Part shown: positions 27,513 to 40,882 of the stretch, in pieces
How positions within the stretch are numbered: position 1 is the stretch's first letter
Layout: every line of letters begins with the position of its first letter
Source of the DNA: Laetmonice hystrix
Taxonomy: Eukaryota
Reading direction: 5' to 3'
DNA: 64,000 nt
Assembly (NCBI GenBank): GCA_965235115.1
Contig: OZ249436.1
Location: forward strand, 31,622,001 to 31,686,000
Notes under the pieces: generated by a model
Database searches by the model: none
Told to the model about the DNA's origin: nothing
What the model saw: the letters and a program-made list of their open reading frames with translations, nothing else
Program-made: the position numbers and the translations under genes

Positions 27513-28174
27513 CAGGGGCGGATTCAGGGGGCGTGGGGCCATTGAAAAAAATAGAATATAAAAAAGAGACTCCGCACAGGGCACCTTAAAGGTAAATAAT
27601 CACCCTAGGGCCGCCGAGTTTGGTCGGAGCGGTGTCCCCATCTCCTACGAATCCGCGTATTTCAAGCTTACCTGATCTTGAATCTATCCCACTGGACTGA
27701 TAAAACATTCTGTCGTAATCATAACATTGTTGTGCTAGGTCTGTTGTTGATTATGAGCCATAATGTGGCGATACATCCCATATTTTTCATCTCAATGGAC
27801 TGAGAACCTAGAAAACTGCCGCCCTAACGGTCATGGCGGTCGTGGCGGCCCTATCGCACAGCGCGCATGCGCTGCCTCGCACTGCTCCCCTCCCCGGCGC
27901 CCGCCCTCCCCCATAATCCAAATAAGGGCATGATTTGATTCGCGTGCTCTCGTCTCTAGCCAAATAGGTAAGCGCTTAATTAATTAATTAAAAATATTGT
28001 CGGTATGGACGCGACATGGTACCACACTGCTAGAACCCCCTTAAAATAATTGTTTTTACTCAAGTTTTGTTGAATTGACTGCGTTTATTTCAATTTTCGG
28101 ACTGATTTCCTTTAATAACGCTGCTTGTTCACCATTTAACCCCCCCCCCTTCCAAAATCCTGAATCCGCCCCTG
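27513..28174. mobile_element. CAGGG-terminal MITE with 5-bp TSD
   Basis: Perfect 16-bp TIR caggggcggattcagg/cctgaatccgcccctg; flanks atagg/atggg. Confidence 0.65.
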
Positions 28175-28812
28175 ATGGGGATGCGTACATCATCACTTGT
28201 ATATGTTTGACTGACATATATATATTTTTTATTTGGTCTCTCCTTGATCGAAATGTGACTGATATACACATTTATCACACGGTACATTTACCCTATATAG
28301 GACTACTAAAACAGTGCAGGAAGGGACAAAACAAAGTTACGAATGTTTTGCATAAGTCCGGAAATGATGGTTAGAATAACTGTATAGTGTCCTGTGTGGG
28401 GAGTGGTCCCATCTTGTTGGAAACATTGTACATCCCTAGTAATGTTGCCTAATCTTCGCTGACACAAAACTCTCCAAAACTTGCGAATCACCTTCATATT
28501 GATCTAGCATATAGAGTGGCTAAGACAGAAATTTTGACTAGCACAAATTGGCGATAGTTTTCCCACTGGTAACCCCTGGAAATATTTGAATTTGAAGCGA
28601 CATGAGATATAGGTAAACGATCTGAAAAGATGCAAGATTAAAAGAAAACTCGATGAGAGTTTAGCCAAAGTTATGCTGCTGTCACTTCCAAAAACGTAAA
28701 TTATAAAACATACTGCGATTATAAAGAGAACGTACGGGGTTTAAAGCAAAAATCACAAAAGAAAGTATGTACATGTATACGGATACAAAGTGTTATCCAT
28801 CCAGGTATTATT

Positions 28813-29642
28813 TACCGTATATTGCCTCACACTATGTGAGCGTTCAAAGTATCAGTCTCATTGTATTGGTTGAATGGTTGGTTACCTTATATATGCCTCA
28901 CACTATGTGAGCGTTCAAGTTACCAGTCTCATTGTACTGGTTGAATGGTTACCTTATATATGCCTCACACTATGTGAGCGTTCAAATTACCAGTCTCATT
29001 GTACTGGTTGAATGGTTGGTTACTTTATATATGCCTCACACTATGTGAGCGTTCAAGTTACCAGTCTCATTGTACTGGTTGAATGGTTACCTTATATATG
29101 CCTCACACTATGTGAGCGTTCAAATTATCAGTCTCATTGTATTGGTTGAATGGTTGGTTACCTTATATATGCCTCACACTATGTGAGCGTTCAAGTTACC
29201 AGTCTCATTGTACTGGTTGAATGGTTACCTTATATATGCCTCACACTATGTGAGCGTTCAAATTACCAGTCTCATTGTACTGGTTGAATGGTTGGTTACT
29301 TTATATATGCCTCACACTATGTGAGCGTTCAAGTTACCAGTCTCATTGTACTGGTTGAATGGTTACCTTATATATGCCTCACACTATGTGAGCGTTCAAA
29401 TTATCAGTCTCATTGTATTGGTTGAATGGTTAGTTACCTTATATATGCCTCACACTATGTGAGCGTTCAAGTTACCAGTCTCATTGTACTGGTTGAATGG
29501 TTACCTTATATATGCCTCACACTATGTGAGCGTTCAAATTACCAGTCTCATTGTACTGGTTGAATGGTTGGTTACTTTATATATGCCTCACACTATGTGA
29601 GCGTTCAAGTTACCAGTCTCATTGTACTGGTTGAATGGTTAC
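28813..29642. repeat. Tandem repeat with alternating 71/67-bp units (12 units, 276-bp higher-order period)
   Basis: gcctcac starts at 28824, 28895, 28962, 29033, 29100, 29171...29585. Confidence 0.93.
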
Positions 29643-32262
29643 TGATTCAGTCACGTGATACTTGTCCACTGAGGACCCGAAACCTCGTGTAAATACTGTT
29701 CTATCCTGGGCAAGACTCTTTTTTTACTACCGTGGCACGGCTGCAGTATATAATCGTGAAAAGCGTCAGAAACTGAGCTTACTACATGGCCTATTTCGTT
29801 GAAGCTTATAGTCTAAAGTTGAAGTAACTAGGCTAGGACCCCTATAATCAGTGGGCTATAATGTTCCACGGGGCTATAAGGATGGATATGAACAGCCCTT
29901 TTTGAGGGATTTCCCCGATGGCTCCTCCCCCTCTTGAGCCCCCACCCCATTTCGGTGGTTATTTTACACAGTGGCTGTATAAGCTGACTGCTACACGGTA
30001 CAGTGTGCCACTACTCGCGGGACAGTGCTGTCCTCCATGGCCGCGGTCGACCTGCCAGGACGACACTGACCTTTCGTTCGATGCCTGCTCGGACATTAAG
30101 TGCGCCGCTCTGGGACGGCCCGGGCCCGTGTCGCGCCCTCTACCAGGCAGCGGCCCCCATCCACAGGTACCCGGCTAGTCGTTAAGTGTCCAGTCGTCAC
30201 TCCCTCGGTGGATGTTCCAGTCGGCAGCCCTCGGAGGCGTTATCCCATAATCGCATCCAAAACCGCTCTTGTTTCCGTATGAGTGTACAGGGTATGCACA
30301 TGTGGATGGATCTATGCAGACATGGGTAGTCTTCTTCTTAATGGATTCTCAACGCTATAAACGACAACAATATACTCTATAGCGATGAGCACTATCGTAT
30401 CCACGAGGCCGGCCGGCCGACCGACCGGTCATCCGATATCGAAAATGAACGATGGTTGTTTGCCCATTACACTGAATGTAGTAGATATAAATAAGGTACT
30501 TTGCGAGAACATATAAATGCCAAATATGGGGGCGAGAAATCTGCTTTTTGTGTGTGCGGTTTTTTTACACGCATGACGATTTTTTCAGCTCACAGCTTTT
30601 GACACCGTGCCGACGTTGTTCTGGAGTGTAAGCCGGGTACCCTGGGGACCCGCAGGTGGTATCGACATGCTGGCAGACGATCTGTCACATCCCGTAAACA
30701 CTAACAGCATGTAAACCGTGCTTTTCGCGCCACAAGTCGCCGCAAGAAACGGCCCCTAATTTGTAATCGCGCCGCTTATGACTGCGATCAATTTAAGACC
30801 GTTACTTTACAGTGAAGTGTAGAGTGGTCCGATGTTTGACCACATGTGACGAACTAGTTCAGATGCTGATTTCCACTCCTTCCTGCTCCTACTCACTGCT
30901 TTACTTTTGGTATTTCGAAATGTATCACTTGCTGTTCATGTGCGGGCATTTATAGTTTTAAATATACTGTATTTCTCGCATACTCCTTCTTTGAAACATC
31001 AAATCCTATAGATGTGTCTTCTGAAGACCTTTACAACACTGGAATGGTTCAGAATTGACTTTGCACGCACAGGGAGTATTCAATGCCAAGCGTGGTCGAG
31101 AAGAAGTATTATATAACACTTAAGAAACCAGCAATTGTATATGCATAGGCTATACAATGGCACAGTAATGACAGGACCCAAGTGTAAATATATTACATAA
31201 TTATTCTACCGTTAATCATTACCCTCTACTTAAGTTAACCATCTTGAACCACATCTTGCTGACCACTACGTGTGTGCTAACGCCAAAATGTGGGCCTATA
31301 ATCACACGGACAGATTATACCTTGTCCAAAACTACAGTTTATCGACCTTTCCACCGTTATCAAAATTACACAGATGCCTTGTAACTATATGCAACATTCA
31401 GAAGAGACCCGAGACGAATCGATTGAGCCCACATTGCCGATGGGGTTGTCCGTTCCCAAGTGTGGCTAAATGCCACGTGTAATTATTGGCTACGCCTACC
31501 AGGATTAGCCACATGTGAAATGCACCGACGACAAAATTCTTCCAAAGGCTAATCCATGTTAGAAGAAGTCTTACGAAAAGTGCACTGTACTAAGAACACG
31601 ATAATCTCCGACTTTCTCCATACATGTTAAAGTGACAATCAAATGTGTATACTCATTCATCAGTGGCGGATTCAGGGGGGGGGGGGCGGCCCGGCGGCCT
31701 GCCCCCATTTGCCAAACTCTTGCCTATTTTCTATATGATTCATGCCTAAAAGTAATGGAATTTCGCTAAAAGATTTGGGAGAAATTTCTACCAGGCCTCC
31801 CACTGCCCCTCTTCCTCAATATAGGTGTTTTTTTATAGGTTTCGAAAATCAAAATATAGGTTTTTAAAGGTTTCTAAAAAGGCAAAAAATATGCTTTAAT
31901 AGGTTTTTAGGGTAGAATTTTTCAGAATGAAGTAGTGGAAATACAGTCCGCAACCGTCGTAGGCGGGAAGCGTGCGTGTGCCAAAAACGAGGAACCTTTC
32001 TAGGGACAGTGCAAGTTACCCGCGATGTCAGGCTAAGGGGACACTCCTACAAAAAGGTCACACCAATGCTCTGTGCTCACTGTTCATGGCAAGAAAAGGT
32101 AATAGGCCCTATGTCTTAATCTATTACACATGTCTTCTATTCTTCTGGAAAAGGTCGCCATTCGCTGCCCCCATCACTCTGTTTATTGTTCACGTTAGAG
32201 ATAATAATGTGACCTTTGGCGGGAATGAGACAGCTCCTGCCGTGTCGTGGGCCATCCTGCCG

Positions 32263-32483
32263 CTTTGTTTATAATGCCGGCCTTTGTTTATAATGCCGGC
32301 CTTTGTTTATAATGCCGGCCTTTGTTTATAATGCCACACTTTGTTTATAATGCTGGACTTTGTTTATAATGCCGGCCTTTTTTATAATGCCGGACTTTGT
32401 TTATAATGCCGGCCTTTTTTATAATGCCGGACTTTGTTTATAATGCCACACTTTGTTTATAATGCCACACTTTGTTTATAATG
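32263..32483. repeat. About 19-bp minisatellite
   Basis: ctttgtttataatgccggc units, about 11 copies. Confidence 0.9.
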
Positions 32484-32842
32484 GTGCACTTTGTTGTTAT
32501 TACCGGACTTGCACATGTATGTCTTTTGCTAATTTTTTGTTTGATTCATGTATGAAATATTATGAAATTCGAATAACTGTCGTATTGAATGGTTATACAA
32601 TTTTTGCAAATTATTGCAGATTCGATAGATGTACACTATCGAATCGATTCGAGTCGTCCTTTGTCATGACCTTGCATGTCTTCATCACGTGTGTCACTCT
32701 CTTTATTTCAGACTTTCCCGGCGGTCAATGTTGTCATCAACGCTGAAATGTGATTTCCCGATGGTAACATTCCCACGAAATCGGGTATTATTATAGGGTA
32801 TAGAGGCAGGGGCAGATATGTAGGCCTATAGGGACTACGTTA

Positions 32843-33243
32843 CTGTGGGCATGTCTGGGGACCGAGGGTAGAGGCTAAGGGCAGGGATAGGGATAGGGAT
32901 AGGGATAACTGTTTGCGGGCATGTCTGGAGACCGCGATGAGTAGCAGGGGTAGGGATATGGATAAAGTTTGTGGGCATGTCTGGGGGCCGAGGTTAGGGT
33001 TATAGGAGCAGGGATAGGGATAAAGTTTGTGGGCATGTCTGGGGACCGAGGTTAGGGGTTATGGGCAGGGATAGGGATAGGGATAAAGTTTGTGGGCATG
33101 TCTGGGGACCGAGGTTAGGGGTTATGGGCAGGGATAGGGATAGGGATAAAGTTTGTGGGCATGTCTGGGGGCCGAGATTAGGGGTTACGGGCAGGGATAG
33201 GGATAGGGATAAAGTTTGTGGGCATGTCTGGGGACCGAGGTTA
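32843..33243. repeat. About 63-bp minisatellite containing (gggata)n
   Basis: gggcatgtctggggaccgaggttaggggttatgggcagggatagggatagggataaagtttgt, 6-7 copies. Confidence 0.9.
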
Positions 33244-35436
33244 GTTCTTGCAATCAAATTCGGTGGATATTTTACGGTGGGATTCTATCCACTGAAAAGG
33301 TACGAGAGAAGAGCACTCATACGGACAGCATACGCTGGACGTACGTATATGGGACCGCTGGTATATCAAGGACCATGGTATCACTGGACGATCAGGTGAC
33401 CTTTCGGTATAATCTAGCTAAGACAAACACCGCAGGCCTCTGCAATGTGAAATGACAGCACGCCATCGCCAGATCGGGTATGTCCATAACATGACTGGCA
33501 GATTAATTCGGCGAACCCATAACAATAATGGACATTGTTTTCTCGGATAGTGCAGGTAGTCCACGGTGGATTTGAGTCCGGATTTTGATAGATAATAATG
33601 ACATTCAAATTCACAGGGACAAACGTGCGTAACGGTAACCCGTAATCATGACTCCTCAGGTCGCAGCTAGGTGGCAGGACAGCACCGGATAACATCCCAG
33701 TTGAAACAAAGCTCAACTCTTGTTTGTCTGGTGTATCGGTATACAACTCAATGAAAATCGGTGTTGTTGAATTTTTATTTCATTTATCAAATGTGCTAAC
33801 TCCGGATATGTTTAAAGACATTGGGGCCTAAAGACTGGAGAGCAATGACGAAATACTGACCAGGCAAGAGAGACATGGTTAGTCAGGGTGTCATTTTGGA
33901 CTTCTAAAATTTTCGCCGAGGCGAATGTCGACAGAGCTGTGGTGAGTCGGTGTAAGTGCTTGCCGTCCAGCGGTCGGGAGGGGTCCTTGCCCACTCCCCC
34001 GCCACCGCCACACTGGCCCGATTTTATAATAGCGCCGTCGATGGTGTAATAAAAGTGGCACCATTCACCCGAGTCCCCAGGCGGGTTGCGCCGACCCATT
34101 GCTATAGGACTCTATAATATGCGCGGTTCACAGGGAAATTATTATAGATGTCGACTGGACAGACAGTGGAATGAACGTTTGCCGATGGACGGGTTTCCCT
34201 GCTGAACGCGCCGCTCTTTACTTTGGTGTGACTTTTTTAAAGTACAGGCTTGCGGTTCACTGCGTACCTATCTCGAATACCCAACATAGGAAATCGATTA
34301 GGCTCTCCCTCCATACACCACGGAAGATACAGCTCCAGTGCGCCACCATGTTATATACAGACGCCCCCAGGTGGCTTTGTCTATAATGATCACCCATATC
34401 TGAATAGATAATTATGATTTTTATTTTTCAATATGAACAATATAACTAGATTATCAGTAAGATTAATCAGAATCAGTTTTTACTATATTTTGGACTTGCC
34501 CGCTTTCACGATGAAAATATAAGCTCCATCCTTAAATACACTTGTTGACATGATATTAATAAAATAATTCGTCAACTATTATATGAGACGTTTTTCCATA
34601 ATTTAGCGGATATTATCCTTAACACCGCTCCATTCCCAAGTTTGCTATCACATAGTCAAAGTGATAATTCCAGTGGCAAGGGGGCAAGCACACTTCCTTT
34701 TCTTCTTCTTGTTCTTCTTCCTTTCCTTCTTTCTTTTCCTCTTTTAATTTTTTTATAATGTGTTGTCAGTTATCGCATTGTGATCACTGTCGACTCCTCA
34801 CTGTAGACCATGTTATCACACTTCTGCGTCCAGTCTCTATAAGAGCCCCCTAGTCACCGATTGCGTTACATTCGAATTCTTCAGGCGTTTACAATGTTCC
34901 TCGTGTTATAAGTCCAGACACATCGATCACATAGATTTGGTTTGAGGGCAGGCGTGTTCTCTTTCACACACACACTGTTACTTTTTGTTAACGAATGTCT
35001 TGAGGAGCCCAGCACTCAGCCCATGCACATCGTGAAACATACGTGCATACATCCCACCATTGGTTGGTGTTTTTATGTTGTTTTTCCCCAGGACATAGAA
35101 GGAAGACCCGGCAAATGCTGCCATGATGATCCCTCAGGCAACCATGCACTCGGTCCAGGGCTCCGACATCAGCAAACATTGAACGTCCGAAACGATAACA
35201 CCAACATACGCCGACTACATTTTCCGAGGTCATAAACTCAGTTTTCTTCAATGTATCATCGAGAACGTATACAATTAAATAAAGAATATACAGACAGCAT
35301 AAAAAGTGATTTTCCACGTATAGAGATTCCTATTGATAGTAATGACTGTACATGTATCGATATTATGAATGAATGGTACGAGAATTCGCATCAATGTGCT
35401 CTATATAGGGTGTAGTGTGAGAAGGGTAATAGACAT

Positions 35437-36921
35437 AACTAGATACGTTGTGGAGTACCACAATGGATCCCATCCCCGGGGTGTCCCATGTAACATGTTC
35501 TGAATAGGGATAACTATGGTACTATCTTGCACCCGTGACGACTTATGAGCCTTAGAAGATGGAAGTTACGTCATTATGACCTTATGCTACGTCATAAATA
35601 TTGATCTCAATGGACTTCCTATTCATGTTCAAAAATAACTATAGGTGTATCTAGCACCGTTTGCTAGTTACAGGCTTCTACCAATCCTTAGAAGGGCTCA
35701 GTTACGTCATAAGGATGTAATAGATCACACAACAGAATAAATCTTGGTGTCAATTGAAAGAACATAATGAGGACTTCCTGTTTATATTCAATACTAACTA
35801 TGGGTCTAACTCCTACCATTTACAAGTTAAAACCCTGAGAAAATATCGATGACATCGTTATGTCATGGGTCACGTGACCTAAGAAATAATGATGCCAAAC
35901 GAAAGAGTATACATGACTTCCTATTCGTGTTCAATAGTAACTATGGGTCTAACTTCAAGCATTAACAAGTTATATCCCTTAGAAAATATCGATGACATCT
36001 TTACGACGTCACAGGTCACGTGACCTTAAGGATGACGATACCAAGTGATAGCAAGTTATAGCCCTCACAAAATATAGGTTCACTGGCTGTGGTAATCAGT
36101 ACCAGTTCAATCCAGTATTAGCTTGTCAGATGGCGTAGCACTGGCGATAAGTGTCTTGACTCATATGCTATGGGTCGCCGGTTCAATCCCAGGCCGAGTC
36201 ACCTATTTTTTTGGACTTCTACCGGAAGGGTCCCGCGTTCAATCCCAGGCCGAGTCACGTTTCTTTTTCTTTTTGTTTTTTCCCTCTAATTTTTAAAAAT
36301 GGTCACGTGACCTGAAAAAAAAAATATCATAAAAGAGCATAATGACTTCTTATCTGTGTGTAATAGTAACCAATGCCAAATCTGGCACCGTTTACAAGTT
36401 CTAGAAAATTGACAATTTTTCGAAATTTCAAAGTCACGTGATTCAGCGAATATTAGTCAAATCGCTTATCTTTTGATGATTTGAGACAAGCTCATGTTAG
36501 AGAGTCCGTCTGCCTAATATTGTCGAATTTCACCAAAAAATGAAGAAGGAGTAGCGATTTAAGAGATTTGTGACTGAGGACCCAGTTCTCCCAAAGTTCA
36601 AGGTCAAATGACAAATGAAGGGTCCATGTTAGACTAGACCCTTGCCTGATTAAAACGCCATGATGGGGTTTGGAAATTCCCAATATGAACGTCATGACGT
36701 GACGTCATACGTCACGTCACGTGATATGTCACAACTCATTGTCTGACCAGTCCTTGTCATGGTCAAGATGTGTGCCAAATTTGATTGAGATATCTTGAAA
36801 ACTGACTGAGATAGACGCCACTGTTTACTACTACTACTACTACTACGACGCAAAGAATAATAATAGGGAAGACGAAACCGTACAATCTGAAGATCCCATC
36901 CCCCTGTAGGGGATGGGATAA
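35437..36921. mobile_element. Non-autonomous Helentron-associated (HINE/DINE-1-like) element
   Basis: aactaga start with gatcccatcccc near 35466; spaced internal repeats gacttcctattc..taacta; (cta)n microsatellite near 36826; terminal hairpin atcccatcccc-ctgta-ggggatgggat 36893-36919. Confidence 0.55.
36125..36203 (+). pseudogene. tRNA-derived sequence (SINE head or tRNA pseudogene)
   Basis: A-box tggcgtagcactgg, B-box ggttcaatccc, followed by a T run; poor anticodon and acceptor stems; B-box segment duplicated at 36237-36258. Confidence 0.55.
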
Positions 36922-39900
36922 TGATAACAGTCTATAATGTGGAACAGGTTTCAAACATAGCCGGCTACAATTCTCTTCTTGCGAGGCTCGGTAAGTGATT
37001 TCACTCGTATGAAGACAATGGCGACTTGGTATTTTTTACATTATACCAATCAGACTCGCATAGAAAGGTATACAGGACCGATTGATGGTTTGGCCCTACA
37101 TTAAAGAGAAAGAAAACACACAAAAAAAGATATTCTTGGGAAAATAGCAAGACACTTGGTTTTATCAATCCACTTTTCACTCTGAATAAATTTATGTCAT
37201 CATTATAAAACACCTTTAGAAAGGCATTGACAGGCGAGGCATCCATGAACATTTCATGTCTCAATTGGCATGACTGTACATTTCTGATGGAGATTACTGT
37301 GGTAATTGTTTGGCCAAGGTATGAATATCTTGTCTCTTGCAGAGAAAGTCAGATCTGTGCCGAGGCTGGAAGCTGAGAGCGTATTTGCATATCGCAAGAT
37401 GAATCTTCCTGATGACGAAAGTTCCAATGAATAAACCCCGATAAGAAGAATGCTGAGCTGAGTTTCTGTGGCATGTCGACTTCCTTTTCTCTGCGCATTT
37501 TGCTGCGCAGAATTGTCGTGCAATAATTACAGATATAACGCCCGTCCAACCGTATATTGGTGTCCTATACATGAACGACCTGCCATTGCAATACTTGCTT
37601 GTTTTTCCAACTCTCACCGCTGATGTGCTGTAACAATGCTAAACCTTTAGCTGTTCTCAAACAGGTATAGACGCTTATGAAATTGAAGGCAAGTTATGAA
37701 TGAGAATGGAATGCAATATTTATGACTTTACGCCACAAACCCCGTAAAAGTGGCAACCAAAGAAAGTAGGTTATACGGAATAACATATCGTAGGCCGAAT
37801 TGATAATATTACATGTGTGCCTCGCGGATCCTGTCCGGATCCGAAGTGGACCTAACACAGCATACATATATTTGCCAGAGGATGACAGTTAATCTTGACC
37901 ACTGACACGTTACTGTTACGAATATCACTCTCGAAGAGCAAAGAACACATCTTGTACGCAGCCTCTTCCGCCTCCGAGCGCCAACATGACCCAGTATGAG
38001 CCTACTTATATATCGTTTCCTGATTAGGCCACCTCTGTATCCTCTTCGGCCCGACCTCCACTTGGGTTTACTCGGAGGGAGACCACCTGATCAGACCCCA
38101 GACGCTGTCTCGTCCTACTCACGCGTCTCCCCAATAGGTGCGAATAAACAAACTCGTGTTGATATTTCATTTGCCATTGGTTGGAACGCGACCGGAAGTT
38201 GTGCCAAGCGGCGTTCTCTGGGTCTACTGTTGGGTAGTTTTGATATTGGAGGAGGCCATCATGGCTGACAGCTTAATCCCAAAGAAAAAAATGTTCGAGC
38301 GTAGATCATGTAGTAGAATGTTGTATCGTGTTGTCGTACTAATGAATGTTTCATTTCAGTACTTGGTGGATTCATATGGATCAACTGTTAATATCAGATT
38401 AAAAGAAAATAATTATCTGTCCTTACTGTAAATTCCATGGCGTAGGCCTATTTCAACCATTGTTTATGTAACAAAATAAATGGCAATAGGAAAACAATAT
38501 TTTTCCTCAGTAAATTTCTAGCTTGGATCGTTCCTGGCATAAGTGTTGCAATGACACTTTCAATCCGCCTTCGATAAAATGAATGCAAAGGGGAACGTTG
38601 GCTATATAACAGTTCTTGAGTAGGAAAGATGGTGAATGAAGATATCAAATATATTTATGACGGAGAACATCGATGACTCCATCTGAAGCCCTCGAGCTTT
38701 TACTGTCTATATTTTCTTCAACCATCACCAAAAAGAATTTGGAATTTCCATTCCCCATGGAATCATGTAGTCTACACTGTAAGATTTTTGATAAACTCGT
38801 TACCAAACCATCGAGACCATGGACCATCACTCTGCACTTGTTTATACTTGTATGTCACTGAACATAATCTGGTGTGGTCTGTGCGTCACCGTCAGTTGTT
38901 GCCAGATATTATCATTCTCTTTCCCAAGGACGATTGCCATCGGAGTCACAACAAAGTCCTGCATGGCTGACAAATGACATCAAGGTCGCTGTAAATCGAA
39001 TGAAGATGTACTTGATACTGAAACTATCCACTTGGGTCGGGCCTGTTTCCTCCGCTAAGTGGCTTCGCGGTGAAATCGCCTCTGCCATAATCGGTGCGGG
39101 AGTTCCTTGATGTGGTTGTACGGGGCAGCGGACTCCTGGCGAGTCTCTAGATGATGGAAGCGACAAGGGAGAAACTCGGTTTAAAGGGAATCACATGGAT
39201 CCGGGTTTGAGGGGCAATGTGCCCGGGGATACCAATATCCCAGCCATATGGATATGATCACATGTGGACAGGAGCACACTAATAAACCTCGGGTGTGCCC
39301 CCTTGCCTTCCTGGTCGTATCTTTTGTCGGTAAATATGGCCCAACTCACGTTCCACAGGCGCACCACTTGCGTGACACTCCACATCAGTGGGCCTGCGGC
39401 GGTGGCAGCACTGGGACAGGTCCCTGGACAGTGGCCTGATTCCTTGACCCAATGAACCTTTTTCTTATATGACAGTATCGATCTGAAGTTAAGTGATTGG
39501 TGGCTCTACACTATAGATCGTCATCGACGTATACCTTTTTAGGCCATCACTGAGGGCCAAAACATATACGATACGCCCAACTTGTCTTGTCCTGCTGCAT
39601 GGGGTTGGTATTTACTGGGCATTGAGGACGGTGGCAGCCCATATACTTTTAACGTGCATGCTACACCAGCAGCCGTGCCTGTGAGAATGATTTGCCTGCT
39701 TGGACCATCAGATAATGGAACATATGAATTACAACACATCCACTTCACGTTCTCATTACAAATAACCCCAGAAAAAAGTTCTTATGAACAATTCTAATTC
39801 GTTTTTCCGAATGACATCGGTCCATTAACAAAATTACTGACATTCAAAAGGCCTGGATTGTCACAGCACATCATGTGTCCTCCTTTCTCTTCAATATATG

Positions 39901-40819
39901 ATCAAATAACATCGAATATAATTTGTCATTCCACATTGCGTATAGTTCGAGTGGGTGGCGACTGCATCACGTCGTTTATTGATATATTGGGTAAAACATA
40001 CAGAAATGCTGGTCGTATATGTACGTAACCTAAATCTGGTGGGAGAATAAAAGTGCAAAGTGGTCATAAAGCATGCAAGTTTTAAAATTCTGTCATATCT
40101 TACTAGATAAAGCGTAACTCAGCAAAAGGCCTATACTACACCTATACTTGAGAAATGTTGTACACAACATTGTAAGTTAGTCAACCAACGTAATCACTAT
40201 ATTTTGGCGGAATTCTCATCTAAGAAATTACCTGGGTTTCCAACATTAGACTGGTTTGTAATATATGCTAGTTAGTTCCTCTTCCTTGACCTTGACCTTG
40301 AACAAATATACTTTCGTCCGCGGGTATATCGGGAGAAGGGAGAGGAGCGAGAGGATAACTACAGTGATCTGCATGGAAAAAAACTAGTAAGTCGACTTTT
40401 TGTCCAATTCGAGTTAGTCTAATTTTTGGACTTACTAGGTTTTGTCCTTTCATATAGTCCTATACAAGTGATCAGAACTCTGTGCAATTCATAGTTATTG
40501 ACCTGGAAAAACCTAGCGTTTGCAGCACCTCAATGGGATGAATGGTTTGTTTGTCCCAGTTTTCTCAAAATGAGGCAAAATGGACTTGCTAGGCAGGTTT
40601 TTTTTCAGATCACTGTAGATAAGGCCCTATGTGGGAGAGAATTCAACCTATAGTGGTACACCAGCGTCATTTTATAGCCGCCAAACCAACACTGTGTAAA
40701 CAATCTTCACTCAGCGCTGATGATCTACTATTGTTTGAAGTTTAAAATATTGACCGCAGTGCAAATAGTGCGTCGGGTTTTGGTTTAAAGTGTAGTTAGG
40801 TCGATTACCGGTGCTATGG

Positions 40820-40837
40820 TCTCTCGCTCTCTCTCTA

Positions 40838-40878
<41 letters not shown>
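40820..40878. repeat. (CT)n microsatellite
   Basis: CT run. Confidence 0.85.

Positions 40879-40882
<4 letters not shown>

Noticed and set aside
28813..29642. CRISPR array or hammerhead ribozyme array
   Set aside because: No unique spacers, eukaryotic context, and no CTGANGA/GAAA core on either strand
36125..36203. Functional tRNA-Met (CAT in loop position)
   Set aside because: Anticodon and acceptor stems do not pair convincingly
38640..39800. Possible decayed transposase (GLLVCSCPH motif on the minus strand, faintly KDZ/Zisupton-like)
   Set aside because: Single short motif amid stops and frameshifts; cannot be supported without a profile search
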